Positions 1 to 13,363 are shown, counted from the first letter of the stretch. The stretch is 64,000 nt of DNA from Octopus sinensis (GCF_006345805.1 NC_043008.1:53754001-53818000), one strand, 5' to 3'. A program made the numbers and translations. The notes: generated from the letters alone by a model not told the origin.

Positions 1-473
1 ATCAATGAAACAAGTAAAAGATGTAAGAGAAACTTGTTCGATGCATTACAGTCAGTAAACTGGTGCCAATAACTGAAATGAAAGACATCATTATTAACCT
101 TACACAACATTAAGCACTCATGGCGTTTATATATTTACCTTCGTCCTGTTGGCTGTGGCTTGAGATAAAAGCAATTCATTATAATTAATAATTTCTTAAG
201 AATTATTAAAATGAAAATGTAGAAACAATCACTCATGAACACGTAGTGCGTTTAAATGCTTCTGAATTATTACATGCATTCATATATCACCAATTGAAGA
301 GAAAAAGTGGAGGAAAGTGGGCTGAAGTGGTTGTGATAAATTGCACTGCGCAGTTCAGGAGGTTGCATATGTTGCATATCCAAAGTTTCCTCCGTTGTTA
401 TTCAATACAATAAGCATTCAATGCATTAGTAAAATTAAGTGAAAATTTTCAAATTCGGTTTATTGATGTAATT

Positions 474-830
474 TTACTGTATCTGAGCTAGGTAGGAATC
501 AGCCCCTTTTGCGATCATTCCTAGGGAACCTATGACAATAGGTATTGTTTTTGTAGATCTGTCAAGATCTACTGAAAAGTAAGCAAATATTAAGATCTTG
601 AAATAGAAATTGGCAAAATCTAATGATTGAATCCGCCCAGGCTCGGATAGCTTCAATCTTATTCCGTTCGTTTAATTCCGACTTAAGGACCAGTTTCAGC
701 CTGCGCAAGTACTCCATATTAAATTTTTCTGTCATTTCTTTCTCCATCAATTTATCCATTTCCAATATACCCAAGTCTCTTATATCTGCTTCATAACCTC
801 TCCCGATGGTATCGCTAGCCCATCCATACA
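474..830 (-). mobile_element. Decayed, internally deleted R4/Dong-like (RLE-type) non-LTR retrotransposon fragment
   Basis: Minus-strand peptides DLGILEMDKLMEKEMTEKFNMEYLRRLKLVLKSELNERNKIEAIRAWA (post-RT region) and TKTIPIVIGSLGMI (RLE C-terminal region) match my recollection of R4/Dong ORFs. Next to a (TAA)n array. Confidence 0.75.
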
Positions 831-913
831 TTAGATTTTGCCTCTCTTCAAGACTCACCCACCACACTTTTGCAGTCCGAACTCCATTCTGATATCTACA
901 TGGAAAATATACA

Positions 914-946
<33 letters not shown>

Positions 947-987
947 GTTGTTGTTGTTGTTGTGATTGTTATTGTTATTGTTATTGC

Positions 988-1041
<54 letters not shown>

Positions 1042-1132
1042 CACTATTATTATTATCACTATTATTATTATTATTATTATCCTTATTATTGTTGTTGTTA
1101 ATATTATTATCGTCATTATTATGATTGTTATT
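914..1132. repeat. Compound (TTA)n/(TTG)n microsatellite
   Basis: Read directly from the sequence. Confidence 0.95.
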
Positions 1133-1332
1133 AAAAGTAGTTTTATTTTTATAGCGTGCTTTCACTTCACTACCGAGAGCAGCGCTGTGTGCCTTGGGTA
1201 TACGCTGTGATTTGTTGTGATGCTCTGATGGTTACTGTATTGAAAGTGTTTTGCGTAGGATGTGGGCAGTGACCAGTAGTGCAATTTTCTGTATGTTATA
1301 TGTATTTGCAAGTCCTGGTTTGTAAGTCCTGG

Positions 1333-1333
<1 letters not shown>
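1133..1333 (-). mobile_element. 3' end (ORF C-terminus plus 3' UTR) of an R4/Dong-like element embedded in (TAA)n
   Basis: Minus peptide KPGLANTYNIQKIALLVTAHILRKTLSIQ* (QK..LLGTA.ILR-type terminus), then a ~100-nt UTR running into (TAA)n. TAA repeats on both sides. Confidence 0.8.
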
Positions 1334-1403
<70 letters not shown>

Positions 1404-1406
<3 letters not shown>

Positions 1407-1592
1407 TGGCGAGCTGGAGGAAAGGTTAGCGCGCTAGGCACAATGCTTAGCGGCATTTCGTCCGAATTTAGGTTCTGTGTTCGAATGCCGCTGGATCGAC
1501 TTTACCTTTCATCCTTTCGGGGTTGATAAAATAAGTACCAGTTGAGTAACCGCTTCCTTCAAAATTTCAGGCCTTGTGTCTATATTAGAAAG
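1404..1592 (+). mobile_element. tRNA-derived SINE, family A (head GGCGGCGAGCTGGCAGAA; core GTCGACTTTGCCTTTCATCCTTTCGGGGTCGATAAA)
   Basis: Matches copies at 42394, 42625, 47534 and 59596; B-box-like GTTCGAATGCC. Confidence 0.85.
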
Positions 1593-1611
1593 GATTATTC
1601 TTATATCTAGA

Positions 1612-1828
1612 TGGCACCAAGCTGGCAGAATTGCTAGTGCACTGGGCAAAATGTTTAACAGCGTTTCGTCCATCCTTACGTTCTGAGTCCGAATGCTGCC
1701 GGGGCCGACTGTGCCTTTCACCTTTCAGGGCCAATAAAATAAGTGCCAGTAGATCACTGGAGTGGATGTGATCGACGTTCACCTTCAAAAGAATCTGCTA
1801 GCCTTGCGCCAAAATTTAAAACCAATAT
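1612..1828 (+). mobile_element. SINE family A, older diverged copy, head-to-tail with the previous copy
   Basis: GGCACCAAGCTGGCAGAATTGCTAG...TTCTGAGTCCGAATGCTGCCGGGGCCGACTGTGCCTTTCACCTTTCAGGG...GCCTTGCGCCAAAATTTAAA. Confidence 0.75.
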
Positions 1829-2264
1829 TATTTTTCTGCGTATGTAATTTATATTAAATCATATATTAATTTACTAATATATATCACAAGTATATAATCA
1901 TCGGGTAAGTACGCAACCTCTCATACATAACCGGTTCTATTTGACACCAAAACCAATATACAACGATGAATTGTAATTAATATCGGCAACGAAAATTATA
2001 TTATACATTCATTAAAAATCAAATATTAGAATATACATGATTTAAATATTATATACTATCTCAGTGCAATTTGTTGACGGTGTTGATAACGGGTTGATAG
2101 ACTTTGATGCTACGATTTCAAAAGCAGTAAACTATTTCATTATATATTCAGTATTTCTCGTATTTATTTTACAAATATTTACAATCTCAGATTGTAATAT
2201 TCAGATGCTACTCAATTTTGAGTTAACCATTAAGCATAGCTGCGTTTGCAAGTAGACATCTGTC

Positions 2265-2278
2265 GATCTATCTATCTT

Positions 2279-2333
<55 letters not shown>

Positions 2334-2357
2334 CTATCTATCTATCTATCTATCTAT
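2265..2357. repeat. (TATC)n microsatellite
   Basis: Read directly from the sequence. Confidence 0.95.
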
Positions 2358-2444
2358 ATGTATGTATGTATGTATATACATATTCATATATATATGTAGG
2401 CGTGCCTGTGTGGTAAATAGCTTTCTTACGAACCACATGGAACT

Positions 2445-3050
2445 GGTACAATAAAAATCATCAATTCGGTATTTAATTTCCTTCGATGCAGTCCTATTCT
2501 GAACCCATACACTTTATCCAACCGCGTTCTCATTGATTCCCGGAACTTCTTTCCCGGAATAGCTAACAGCTCGTCGTATTTCCTCGCTGTCTTGAAATCT
2601 TCTTCTTTTAAAGTGGGATTCGGTTTTTAGAAACAGTCAAACGTCGCAAGGGGCGACATGTGGGGAATCTGGTGGTTGTCAGGCCTACGTGGACTGAACT
2701 GAACCATAAATAATATTCCCATACCCCAACAAGTCACGCACGGTACTTCGACGCATGCACACCTGCGATCTTTTCATCAGATCTGCTGTTTGCAGGTCTC
2801 CATTCTGATTGCCATCTTCGAAACGTACACCCATGTCCTTCGCATACACTCTGCTCCATACGCTTTCTGAAAATTTGCGTATGTCTCTGCGTAAGAATCA
2901 CCAAGCTTTTGCCAAAATTCGATGCAGATACTCAGCGCAATTTTCTCGGTGAAACGACCACACTCTATACTGTAGGTAGAATGGAGGATTTCCTCGACAC
3001 AAACCTTGAAAGAGGTACCACAGCATGGCTGCTGATCGCTGGTTGAAGTA
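2445..3050 (-). mobile_element. Decayed mariner (DD34D-type) transposon, internally deleted
   Basis: N-terminal HTH peptide ICIEFWQKLGDSYAETYANFQKAYGAECMRRTWVY (~2825-2935). C-terminal remnant SP.VAPCDV.LFLK...FKRRRFQDSEEI (YSPDLAPCD-like, ~2570-2670). Frameshifts and stops present. Confidence 0.85.
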
Positions 3051-3965
3051 AGTAAGAGATAAAACAAAAGAAAAGAAACAGTGTTCCTTAAAATGTATTT
3101 TAAGAAACGAACTAACAGTAGTTGAGCTTCGTTTCATTTCACTTCACCTGCCGCCTCGTGAAAGATTAATCAGTATCACGTTGTAATAAGTAACATGATA
3201 TTTTGGAGAAAAACCTAATATTTCATTTCATAAAATGTAGTTTTTAGTTTTGCGTTCATACTTAATTTTTCATTTTCTTTTGCGAAACTTAAATACAAAC
3301 TTCAAACTATTCAGCTCTTCGAAAGTGTTGAATGGTAAAAAAAAAAATAAAATCTAATGTATGACTGACATTTTGAAATTTTTCTCGCTCAACATAAATT
3401 TTGTTTCCGTTTTGTATGATTTATTTATTCTTTGTTTGCGTCAAAGATTTCAATCAACTTACATCATGTTATCCACACAGAAGTATTGTATGTTCTGTTT
3501 TTGTTCTTTTCGATATTACAGGTACTGTTTTGTTTAATATTCTTGGCATAAAAAGTTTTTCATTTTTTGGTTTCTTTTGAATTTCTCATTCATCAGGTGT
3601 GGTTCAATGGTTAGGAAGACTGCTCCCCAAGTATGCGCTCTTCGGTTCAATACTACTCCGTGGCCCGGGCCAGCCAAGGATTTATGAGTAGATTTAGGAG
3701 ACAAGGGGGGAGCTGTATTCATCGGACACACACACACACACACACATATATATACACGCACACAGGGTGCGATGAGTAAATTGTCGCCATTGTACATTTT
3801 TAATTTCGCGCATTTGGTTTTGATTTTGTTGACTACACAGTATAGTAGGCACAGTTGGGCACTGTTTTGAGAAAAACAGCTCAATGACGCAATGTTCGTT
3901 ACTACGAATTTGGAAACGACATGCTCTACTACTCACGCATATATATACACACAAACATACATACA

Positions 3966-4031
<66 letters not shown>

Positions 4032-4116
4032 TATATACATATATACTTACATACATATATACACACACACGCATGTCGTGTACATTTTCTTTAGAAAATG
4101 ATAGTCGCAATTGAAC

Positions 4117-4298
4117 GTCTTACTAGCGAACTTGCTCGCTTCCAGTCTTCCGAGAAAAACACCTCTGTACTTTAGGATATAATATCTTGCTCGGAAACAA
4201 GGAGAGACTCGGTGAAAGCAAGGACATCTGACCGTGAAATATCATCGTTAACTAAATCCATTTGACCCCAAAAACCGAACATTTAGTGGTGATGGCGA
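4117..4298 (+). mobile_element. Highly decayed SINE 3' part ending in a degenerate (GAT)n tail
   Basis: Tail resembles the reverse complement of the element at 41932-42170. Confidence 0.4.
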
Positions 4299-4621
4299 TA
4301 TATACATGCATATGTATATGCTATTTTTTTCCAAACAGGACTTAACCTAGCAAAGCTTCGAAGTCACTGACAGCATATCCATTGCAAACACAAATGTAAT
4401 ATCCTCCGCAAATGTATTGTTGATCCATTAATTAATGCTTAACAGGATTTTAAAATTTTATATTTATGCATAACAAAATTAAAATGTGTGTGGGATTTAT
4501 ATACAGACATACATAATCACGTATGTGCGAGCGTGTGCAAATATGTGTGTGTTGAATGTGCGTCTGCATATATATATATATACATATACATATATTATAT
4601 ATATAATATATATATATATAG

Positions 4622-4662
<41 letters not shown>

Positions 4663-5208
4663 TATATATAATATATATGTGTGTGTGTGTTGTGGTGTGT
4701 ATGTATGTATACATACACACATATGCATAAAACATGTACATGCATATGTGTATATTGTGTGTGCGCGTGTGTATGTGCGTCTGTTTTTGTTTACTGTTTA
4801 ATGACTTCAATTGTTATAAAACTTAATTGGTTCTTGAAAAAATATTCATGAATTCAAATGCTATATTTATTCATTTGCTAGTTTATTCATTGAAATATAA
4901 TATTTAACAAACAATATGGAATAAATACTTTATGAAGTCATGTTCTGATCGAAAATAATCGGACGAACCATCTCGCATAATCTCAGATAGTTGATTAGAA
5001 TAGATTTAAAATGCCTTTGTGACGAATAACAGAAAGAAGAAATGTATTGAAGGGGAAATTCAATGAAACTGCTGAATAGAAAACAAATGAGTAAATTAAT
5101 GGATCGTTGAAGGCACGCAATCCGAACTGTTGAATGGAAGGACATGGTCGGTTTCATCACAGAGTTTGCTGTAGTTGATAGTGAGAAATCATCAAACCTG
5201 TGTTTAGT

Positions 5209-5480
5209 ACCGTAAATCCTCGAGTATAATCCACATCTTTTTCCCAAAATTTAAATGTCAAAATCCTTAGTGCGTACTATACACGAGGTTAAAAAGGAAA
5301 TATATTTTCTAAGCAATGTCCGAGTCTCTACTTGCTGTCTGGCTATGTTTATTCAGACGCATTTTGTGATGTCGGACGCGAAAATACTTTAGGCTAAGCC
5401 TCAAAGCAATGAAGTCATAAAAGAATCATTCATAACTTGCAGTAAGCAACATTTATTAAACGTTATTACTGTTATTACTG
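5209..5480 (+). mobile_element. Probable DNA-transposon/MITE end (Tc2/pogo-like TA|CCGTA terminus)
   Basis: TA-CCGTAAATCCTCGAGTATAATCC start with the internal partner GTACTATACACGAGG; the other end was not found. Confidence 0.35.
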
Positions 5481-5506
5481 TTATTTCTATTTTTCTGCAA
5501 AGATTA

Positions 5507-5577
5507 CACACAAACACACGCACACATACACACACACACATATATATATATAAACATATATTTGTGTGTGTGTGATG

Positions 5578-5645
<68 letters not shown>

Positions 5646-5771
5646 GTGTTTGTGTGTGTGTGTGTGTGTGTGTTTGTGTGTGTGTGTTTGCATGTGTGTG
5701 TGTGTGTGTTTGTGTGTGTGTGTTTGCGTGTGTGTGTGTATGTGTATGTGTGTGTGTGTGTGTTTGTGTGT

Positions 5772-5803
<32 letters not shown>

Positions 5804-5845
5804 TGTGTGTGTGTTTGTGTGTGTATGTGTGTGTGTGTGTGTTTG

Positions 5846-5896
<51 letters not shown>

Positions 5897-5924
5897 ATGT
5901 GTGTGTATATGTGTTTGTATGTGT

Positions 5925-5961
<37 letters not shown>

Positions 5962-5972
5962 CGTGTATGTAT
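5507..5972. repeat. Long compound (CA)n/(TA)n/(TG)n microsatellite
   Basis: Read directly; explains the poly-CV and poly-HT ORFs. Confidence 0.95.
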
Positions 5973-6694
5973 ACATCAGTAAGATGCTATTCTGAGTTTC
6001 ACGCATCTGTGGCCGAAAACGTGCATTCGTGCAGGCAATATTCGTTGAGTAAAGCAGTGTTAGCAGCCAATCACCAGATTGCAATGGCTAAGCTATTCTT
6101 TTGCTAAGGAGCAAAGCCGATTCTCATTAGTTGAAGTAGATCGGACACCCAAAAATGTGACAGACCAGGCAAACATCCGTTGCCAATACACTCGGTCACT
6201 GAGGGCACTGAGGTTGCACGTGCGATGGACAAGAGAAAACTATTCATTCCACATCTCACATCGCTTTCCTTGGACTTTGCTAGGTATGGTAGATTGTCTA
6301 AGAGAAATTTTCTCTAGTTACTAATATAGGAAAATACATTACTTGAGCACAATTCTGTTCTGTAGAGGTTTATCCTCTAGGCAGTAAATAACAGAAAAGT
6401 TGTAACATTTGCGAATTCCTTGTCAAATTAACTAATTCTAGCGTACTTCTTGACTATTGTTGACGGCAGACTTCAGGTGTTTAATAAGAATCTTCCATGT
6501 CACTATTTCAATTCCCGACACCTCTTTCAGTGGATTATATGCTGACCAAGATGTCTTGAATAGGATATGCCATGTAATATATGGGAATGGATTCCATGTA
6601 ACAAATGCTGTAACCACGACAAGCCGGAAATTTATGAATGAAATCCGTCATTCTTACTACACAAATAGAGGCAACTAAAGTCAGCCATAAGAAG

Positions 6695-6868
6695 TTATAG
6701 AGGTATATATAATACAGTTGAAATTTACAGAGAAACAAAAGACAAGATAGTTGTATGAACAACAAGCAGATGTATTAGTTTGACGCTCGGGAAAGTGAGA
6801 AAGTCTTTTACGTTTTGAGCCGATGCTCTTCAACAGAGAGGAATAAAGGAAAATAAACAAAGGGAGAA
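6695..6868 (-). mobile_element. Short Penelope-type terminal repeat with a decayed hammerhead-like motif
   Basis: Homologous to 14528-14732 (GTATTAGT..GCTC.GGAA...AAGTCTTTTACGTTT.GAGCC...GCTCTTCAACAGA). Confidence 0.6.
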
Positions 6869-6898
6869 TGTGTGTGCGTGTGTGTGTATGCATGTATA

Positions 6899-6953
<55 letters not shown>

Positions 6954-6960
6954 TATATAT

Positions 6961-7078
6961 CGGCCTGCTCGCTTAGCCAGCGGGGTGGCGTCATTCGAAG
7001 GCTAAAACAATGCGATCGCATTGTGACCAGCGATGTGTAACTACATCTGATGGTCTGGTCGGTCACGTGATCACGTGA
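6961..7078 (+). mobile_element. 5'-truncated retroposon 3' tail inserted in (TA)n
   Basis: GC-rich ~118-nt island between two (TA)n runs, ending in a repeated TCACGTGA. Confidence 0.55.
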
Positions 7079-7099
7079 TATATATATATATATATATAA

Positions 7100-7860
7100 A
7101 AAATAGTAACAGAGTGAAAAAACGACAGAAGGCTTAAATGTTAAAAATATTAAATTTGCGTCAATATGTCTGAAGAATATTAGAAAATTTTTTAAACAAT
7201 TTTTTTTTCCTTTATAATGACATAATTTTTAAAGAAAGACCGGTTTCGCATTTAGCTTTTCAAATTTCTTGTGACGTTATGTTTATGCTTAATAGAGTTA
7301 TCCTTGTGTTTAAGCTCCGGAGAGTTCTAAATATGGGAAGTTAGTGGGTGATTTCTTCCGGTGTAAGGGAGATAATCGCTTAAAAATTTTTTTCCTTTCC
7401 CTTAATGTGAATTTCTCTGTATCAGTATATTCGGATGGTTGAGTCTGGGCTTGTACTTTTCAATGAAGAATGTTTCCATTGTTAGTCTAATTTTTGTTGA
7501 TGATCCGAAAGCACATTGGTAAAATGGAAAGATTAAAATTGTGGTAGTAGTTGCTTTGCGCATTTCTCAATGTGCTCACTAAAAGTATCATTCTATATTC
7601 TGGGAATGCAATCTGTTGTCGATGCAGTGTGCATCTACGTCTGAGTGATAGTCCCGTGGAACCCACGCAGTCTTGGTGGCAGCCCGAGCATTTTATGACA
7701 TAAATTATGTTTTCAGAGGCACAAGTAAAGTTGGATTTGATCTTGAATTTCTGTCCCTCTTTAAAGAGGAATTCTGATCCTTCTAGCAGGTTAGGACATG
7801 TTGCACAGTTCGATCTACCACATTTTTTTACTTTTGCATCCGTAATTTCAGAAGACAATT
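7100..7860 (-). mobile_element. Penelope-like element 3' fragment: GIY-YIG endonuclease relic plus 3' terminal region
   Basis: ORF 7487-7894(-): KKCGRSNCATC...FTCASENIIYVIKCSGCHQDCVGSTGLSLRRRCTLHRQQI, i.e. Cys-rich linker plus a GIY...YIG-like motif and Arg/His helix of PLEs; frameshifted near its C-terminus. Confidence 0.9.
7231..7270 (-). ncRNA. Minimal hammerhead-ribozyme-like motif (U3-A8 core variant)
   Basis: Minus strand: AAGAAA-T-TTGAAAA-GC TAAAT GC-GAAA-CCGG-TC-TTTCTT. Lies 3' of the GIY-YIG relic on the same strand. Confidence 0.6.
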
Positions 7861-8122
7861 TTGCCTGGTTTCGCGCCCTTGCTATTGAGATCACTCAATG
7901 TTTGAGGTACCAGTGCAACCACTAAACGAGGGGAAAAAGCTAGCGAACGTATATTAAAAGAGAAACAAGCATGAAATTATAACACAACAGATAAAGAATT
8001 ATGCGTATATAACCGCACAAAGCTTTACGGCTTTACAGAAATGTAACAGAAAGAGCTTTGTGGTGTACTTTCTGTTCAACTCTTGATACATCTATGTAGC
8101 GCAACGCACACCATGCTTGTTT

Positions 8123-8172
<50 letters not shown>

Positions 8173-8476
8173 TATATATATATATATATAATATAACTAC
8201 ATATATAAGATATATATATATATATAGATATATATATAATATATAATATAGATATATACATATATATATAGTATATACATATGTGTGTATGTTGTATACG
8301 AGTAAGTGGACAAACGAAATAAAAGGTCATTCAAGACATTTGGTAAGAATTACATGTGTTATTTAAAATAGTTTGATTCGTTTTCGTGCTAATTCAAGTT
8401 TCGCATGTCCCTAACGGAAGCCTGACTACTCATCGCAAAACTTTAAGTATCACGGAACTGGAACAAACTATTTTAA

Positions 8477-8543
<67 letters not shown>

Positions 8544-9026
8544 GTACATATATATTTATTCTCTAAACAAGTCAGTTACTATAACATAAATATAAATTCT
8601 ATTCGAAAATGCGCTAAAATATCTAACCTAAAATGAGAATGTAATATCATTAAAGGTTTTAGAATAATTTGAAAATATAGTCAACAAATATACAAAATAT
8701 TATAAAATACACAGCCATCGTTCATTTTCTGAAAAGATTTTCACTAAATTTCAAATGAACTTACCACTAAATGTTTTCAAGTAATTTTAAAATGCACTAA
8801 AAGCAAAAATAATGAAAGCCATTTTGTAGGATCTTAATGGTGTCATTATCAATCAGTCCACCATTAACACCGGTGCAAATATATCGCAATATATATACAA
8901 GTGTGTTTGTATGCATGAATGTATGTATATATGTAAATATATATATATTTGTAAATATACTAATATATATAAATATAGACACCACACCACACACACATAT
9001 TATATTGTATATATATGCATATATAT

Positions 9027-9062
<36 letters not shown>

Positions 9063-9527
9063 CAAAATTACGAATTACTGTAAAAGTTATGTGTAAATAT
9101 ATATATATATATATATTATATAATATATAATATTATATATATATTAACATATATATACATATATATATATATATATAATATATATAATTACACATATATG
9201 TATGTATATATATAACATATACATTAATTCAAAGTTTTTGATTACATTTAATGATTATGTGCTTTGAAATTAGGCAAATAGAAAAAGAAAACATATATGT
9301 AGTAATGAATAGACCCTGAAGGTCCGAAATAGATTTGAAAGTGGGAGGGAGGTGTTCTAAGACTACTCTTATTGTATATTGAGTCGGAAATGTCCAAAGT
9401 TATTTATAGAGTTTCTAATTTAAAATGGGCTGAGTTTGGTGCATTTTAAACATACCCTCTTTCTCTTTACTCTTGTTTCTTACTCCCTATGTATGTATGT
9501 ATCTCTCTCTCTCTCTCTCTCTCTATC

Positions 9528-9577
<50 letters not shown>

Positions 9578-9678
9578 AATATATATAATATATATATATA
9601 ATATATATATATAAATATATATATATATACATAAAATGATGGTGATGACCGGGATTATAATTATCCTCTCAATCTATG

Positions 9679-9727
<49 letters not shown>

Positions 9728-9990
9728 GTATGTATGAGTAATGAGATTACAAAGGAGGAATAAACGATGATTTTATGAACTCCATTGGCTTACAGCTGTC
9801 TCTGCTATGCGATGTATTGGACTCGTCTTCGCATTATGCATCTATACATGTATATACAAAAATAAAAGTATACATATATACACAGTTCTATCACTTAGAT
9901 AAAAAGAAAGATGCATACATATACTTTTAGATAGAGCGATTGACAGACAGATAGCCAGACAGGCAAACCCGGTATATGTGTGTGTATGTG

Positions 9991-10021
<31 letters not shown>

Positions 10022-10699
10022 GCATCTCTATAAAACCTGTTTCTATTTGCTATAGATATACGTTCCAATAACCTTTATAGTGCAGTTTCGTGGCAACATT
10101 GCAATTTGATATTTGCTTAATTGACCGATGTTTCAACCCTACATATTCTGCAGTTGCGTCTCTATCAACGTATATAAAATACAACAACACTAGAACAGTT
10201 TATATCAGTATTTATGAAATATGATTATCGTCTCTCGATATCGCCAATGCATAACTTTGCCTAATTTCAGTTAGTCTCTCCGTTAATTGTCGATGTTTGT
10301 ACGTCGACTTTTATCGCATAAACGATTAATGTTTTTATAGCGCTTCATAGAAATGAAAGAATCCGTTAATTAACATTTATAGTTGCTAATATTCTCCGAT
10401 ATTAAACATTTGTATGAAATACCCGTTTTGCTCAATTCGCAATGGAAATAGGTTACCCATACCAACTTCGGCTGAATTTCAGTAAAGGGAAATAATAAAA
10501 CAGCAATATATTTTAACGAATAATACAGTTTCTTCGAACGATTTTTATGTGTTCTTCATAGGAGTAAAAACACATTATTCTTTGAATGACTGTTTTGTTA
10601 GAGAATGAAATTGTGAAATGTTCAAAATGTCTTAGGGGGAAATGCTGCTCACGATGCAATACTAGCCGAGTGTTTCATAGAAATGTTATATCTTCATTT

Positions 10700-11400
10700 T
10701 GGAGAGGCGATGTTATTTAAGCCGACAGACCAAGAGATTTCTACAGTTAATCCTACCCACCTTCTCCTTCCCCCAGTCATCGTCACCCGTCCCTCGTAAG
10801 CTCACCCCACCCCTACACATTCAACCACCACCTTCCCTATCCTTCCACATCCCTTGCACCCACTCCCACATACCCCACCTCCGCCTACCCGCATACTCAA
10901 CCTCTACACCCACCCTCCGCCTATCCACACACCCCACCTCTACGCCCACCCTCCGCCTACCCACATACCCCACCCACAGCCTAACCTGCACCCCACCCTT
11001 GCTTTCCCCACCTCCCAACACCACCACACCACACACCACTACATCATACACCACCATGCCACACAACACATCACATCACATCACAACACACCACCACGCA
11101 CACACCAGCATTCCCAAACCCACATTTTCACCCTCCCCCCACAGACACACTCACACATCAAGATCACCAGCCCTCTTTCACACGCACATACAAACTCTCT
11201 TATACCTACGCACGCGCACCTTCGTTTTGGGATCACCACTACTTTATTATCTCCCCTTCTTCATAGCTCTCCTGTGTGACCCTTTTGTCCGGCAGACTTT
11301 ATATTCGAGTTATAAACGCGTAACTCAGGCCAGAGTGACCAGAAGAAGATATAGAGTGATCAGCTGAGGAATCTGCTTGAATAGTCGAAAGTATCTTAAA
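10700..11400 (+). mobile_element. Probable decayed Penelope-like 3' region with a C/A-rich low-complexity tract
   Basis: C-rich tract at 10750-11220, followed by a degenerate hammerhead-like layout GTGAC-CAGAAGA-A-GATAT...ATAGTC-GAAA-GTAT (11335-11394). Confidence 0.35.
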
Positions 11401-11792
11401 CCCAATGTCAGTATCTGGCAAACAATCCCATAAGCTGCCTTCAAACCATGTACAAAAAAAGAGACATACATACATACATACATACACAGGTGTGTGTGTG
11501 CGTGTGTGTGTGTGTGTGTGAATAGAAATCTATACTTCTTCCATTTATCATTATATTCCTTTTAAAAACTATGTATCCATCGTCTTTTTATAATTATCTA
11601 TTAAGGCCTTATACGATTTCTAGAGTCATTTCGATTGGAATCCTTGACTGACTGAATTTGACTTCAGTGGGGGTTGACTGATCATATTAATTGTACCATG
11701 CTAAGTGTATAACTTAAAAATTCATCCACGAATACCATCTCTTGTGTACACACGTATGCGCGTGCACACACAACTATATATATATATATATA

Positions 11793-11861
<69 letters not shown>

Positions 11862-12064
11862 GTGTGTGTTGGTGTGTGTGGTGGTGTGTATGGACAGATA
11901 CATACCATACATGGCATCCGTCCTTGGTCTAACTCTGCACTGGTGATTTTATATCTCATTGTTTATGAGACACAAAATGTCGAAACACCGCAAACGTAGA
12001 ATCGTCGGCGCCAATAAACCAACGTGTTGAGCATACTATCGAGATATATGTGTGCGTGTTTGTG

Positions 12065-12275
12065 GATGCATGGCCCACTGGATAGTATGTTGCAGTCACA
12101 ATCGTGAGATCGTGGTTTCAATTCCTAATATTCTTAAGCAAAACATTTCATCTAACACTCCTCTACAATCACTTCGACATCTGAGGGAGTGAGCTAACGT
12201 ACAGCATAAACATTTCATCATTATAAACTACTCAGAGACAAATGCTGAACGCTCATACGTCGTCTTTGGCGAGAG
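12065..12275 (+). mobile_element. Old tRNA-derived SINE remnant
   Basis: GGATGCATGGCCCACTGGATAG...GATCGTGGTTTCAATTCC resembles the family B head. Confidence 0.5.
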
Positions 12276-12362
12276 AGTATTTTATGTTTATATATATATA
12301 TATGTATATACATTATACATACATACATACATATATATTTTTACAATTTTCCTTGCTATATG

Positions 12363-12395
<33 letters not shown>

Positions 12396-12403
12396 ATATA
12401 TAT

Positions 12404-12870
12404 ATATTGTTATATTTCGGAATGGTCATTTTGCCAGTTTAGCCAATAAAAACACACGCACTATATATTTGGTGTTACTTTGCTTCATGAACGTATATAA
12501 ACAGAAGATACAAATATTGCAGGCGTCCCCCCATACGCACACTAAATAAACATAGACGCACATAGAGATATAAGCATGCGCAAATGAAGACATGCAATAG
12601 AAATGCAAAATGGCTGACGGTTAGTAAGGAGAGACACAAATAAGCAAGAAGAAAACAAAGGATCACTGATGCGGTCACAGGTGTGTGACGAAAGAACTCT
12701 GGCCGAAATAAGATTAAGATTAATCCTATAAATAACACTGAAGCAAAGTAACACCAAATATATAGTGCGTGTGTTTTTATTGGCTAAACTGGCAAAATGA
12801 CCATTCCGAAATATAACAATATCTGTTTCAACACACGACTTCACATAAAAAAATCTTGCACAACAAATAT
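12404..12870. mobile_element. Fold-back element with 84-bp perfect inverted arms (12404-12487 / 12739-12822) in (TA)n; Penelope-type inverted end structure
   Basis: The arms are exact reverse complements; the spacer carries a hammerhead-like motif at 12660-12704. Confidence 0.8.
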
Positions 12871-12877
12871 ATAAAAA

Positions 12878-12923
<46 letters not shown>

Positions 12924-13318
12924 TATATATAAAAATACAAATAAGAAAATGGAGAAACAAATTTAGTTTGTTCATCAACTTTCGGATATTAGAATTTTGG
13001 ATTATTTACTCATTTAACAAAATGAGAACCTTAATAGCATACATATATATCTTATAATTCAATACATATAAGATAAGAATAAAAATTATAAAAGTCATAA
13101 TATAAATTATTGAAATCATTAAAATCACTTCTTACAGCTGCTTCAGCCTATGGCTAAAAGTAGTTAATTCTTTTTTCATTGCGTATAGTTGTCAACATAA
13201 TGAGGTTGTAGGTATTTAAAAATAGGGTACTTATATATATATAACCATAGGTCTTGTCAGAGTTTATAAGGGACTTTAAAAATATTAATGTTTATACATT
13301 TAACATGATACAATATTA

Positions 13319-13362
<44 letters not shown>

Positions 13363-13363
13363 A

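Noticed and set aside
562-1526. ORFs with poly-I, poly-Y, poly-N and poly-L, and all YI/CV/HT-repeat ORFs elsewhere in the window
   Set aside because: They are translations of microsatellites, open only because the repeats lack stop codons in some frames
3762-3800. CAGGGTGCGATGAGTAAATTGTCGCCATT as a Tc1/mariner TIR
   Set aside because: No partner inverted repeat or transposase found nearby; too short to support
10699-11367. 222-aa Pro/His/Thr-rich ORF as a gene
   Set aside because: It comes from C/A-rich low-complexity DNA, has a non-ATG start, and shows no recognisable domain
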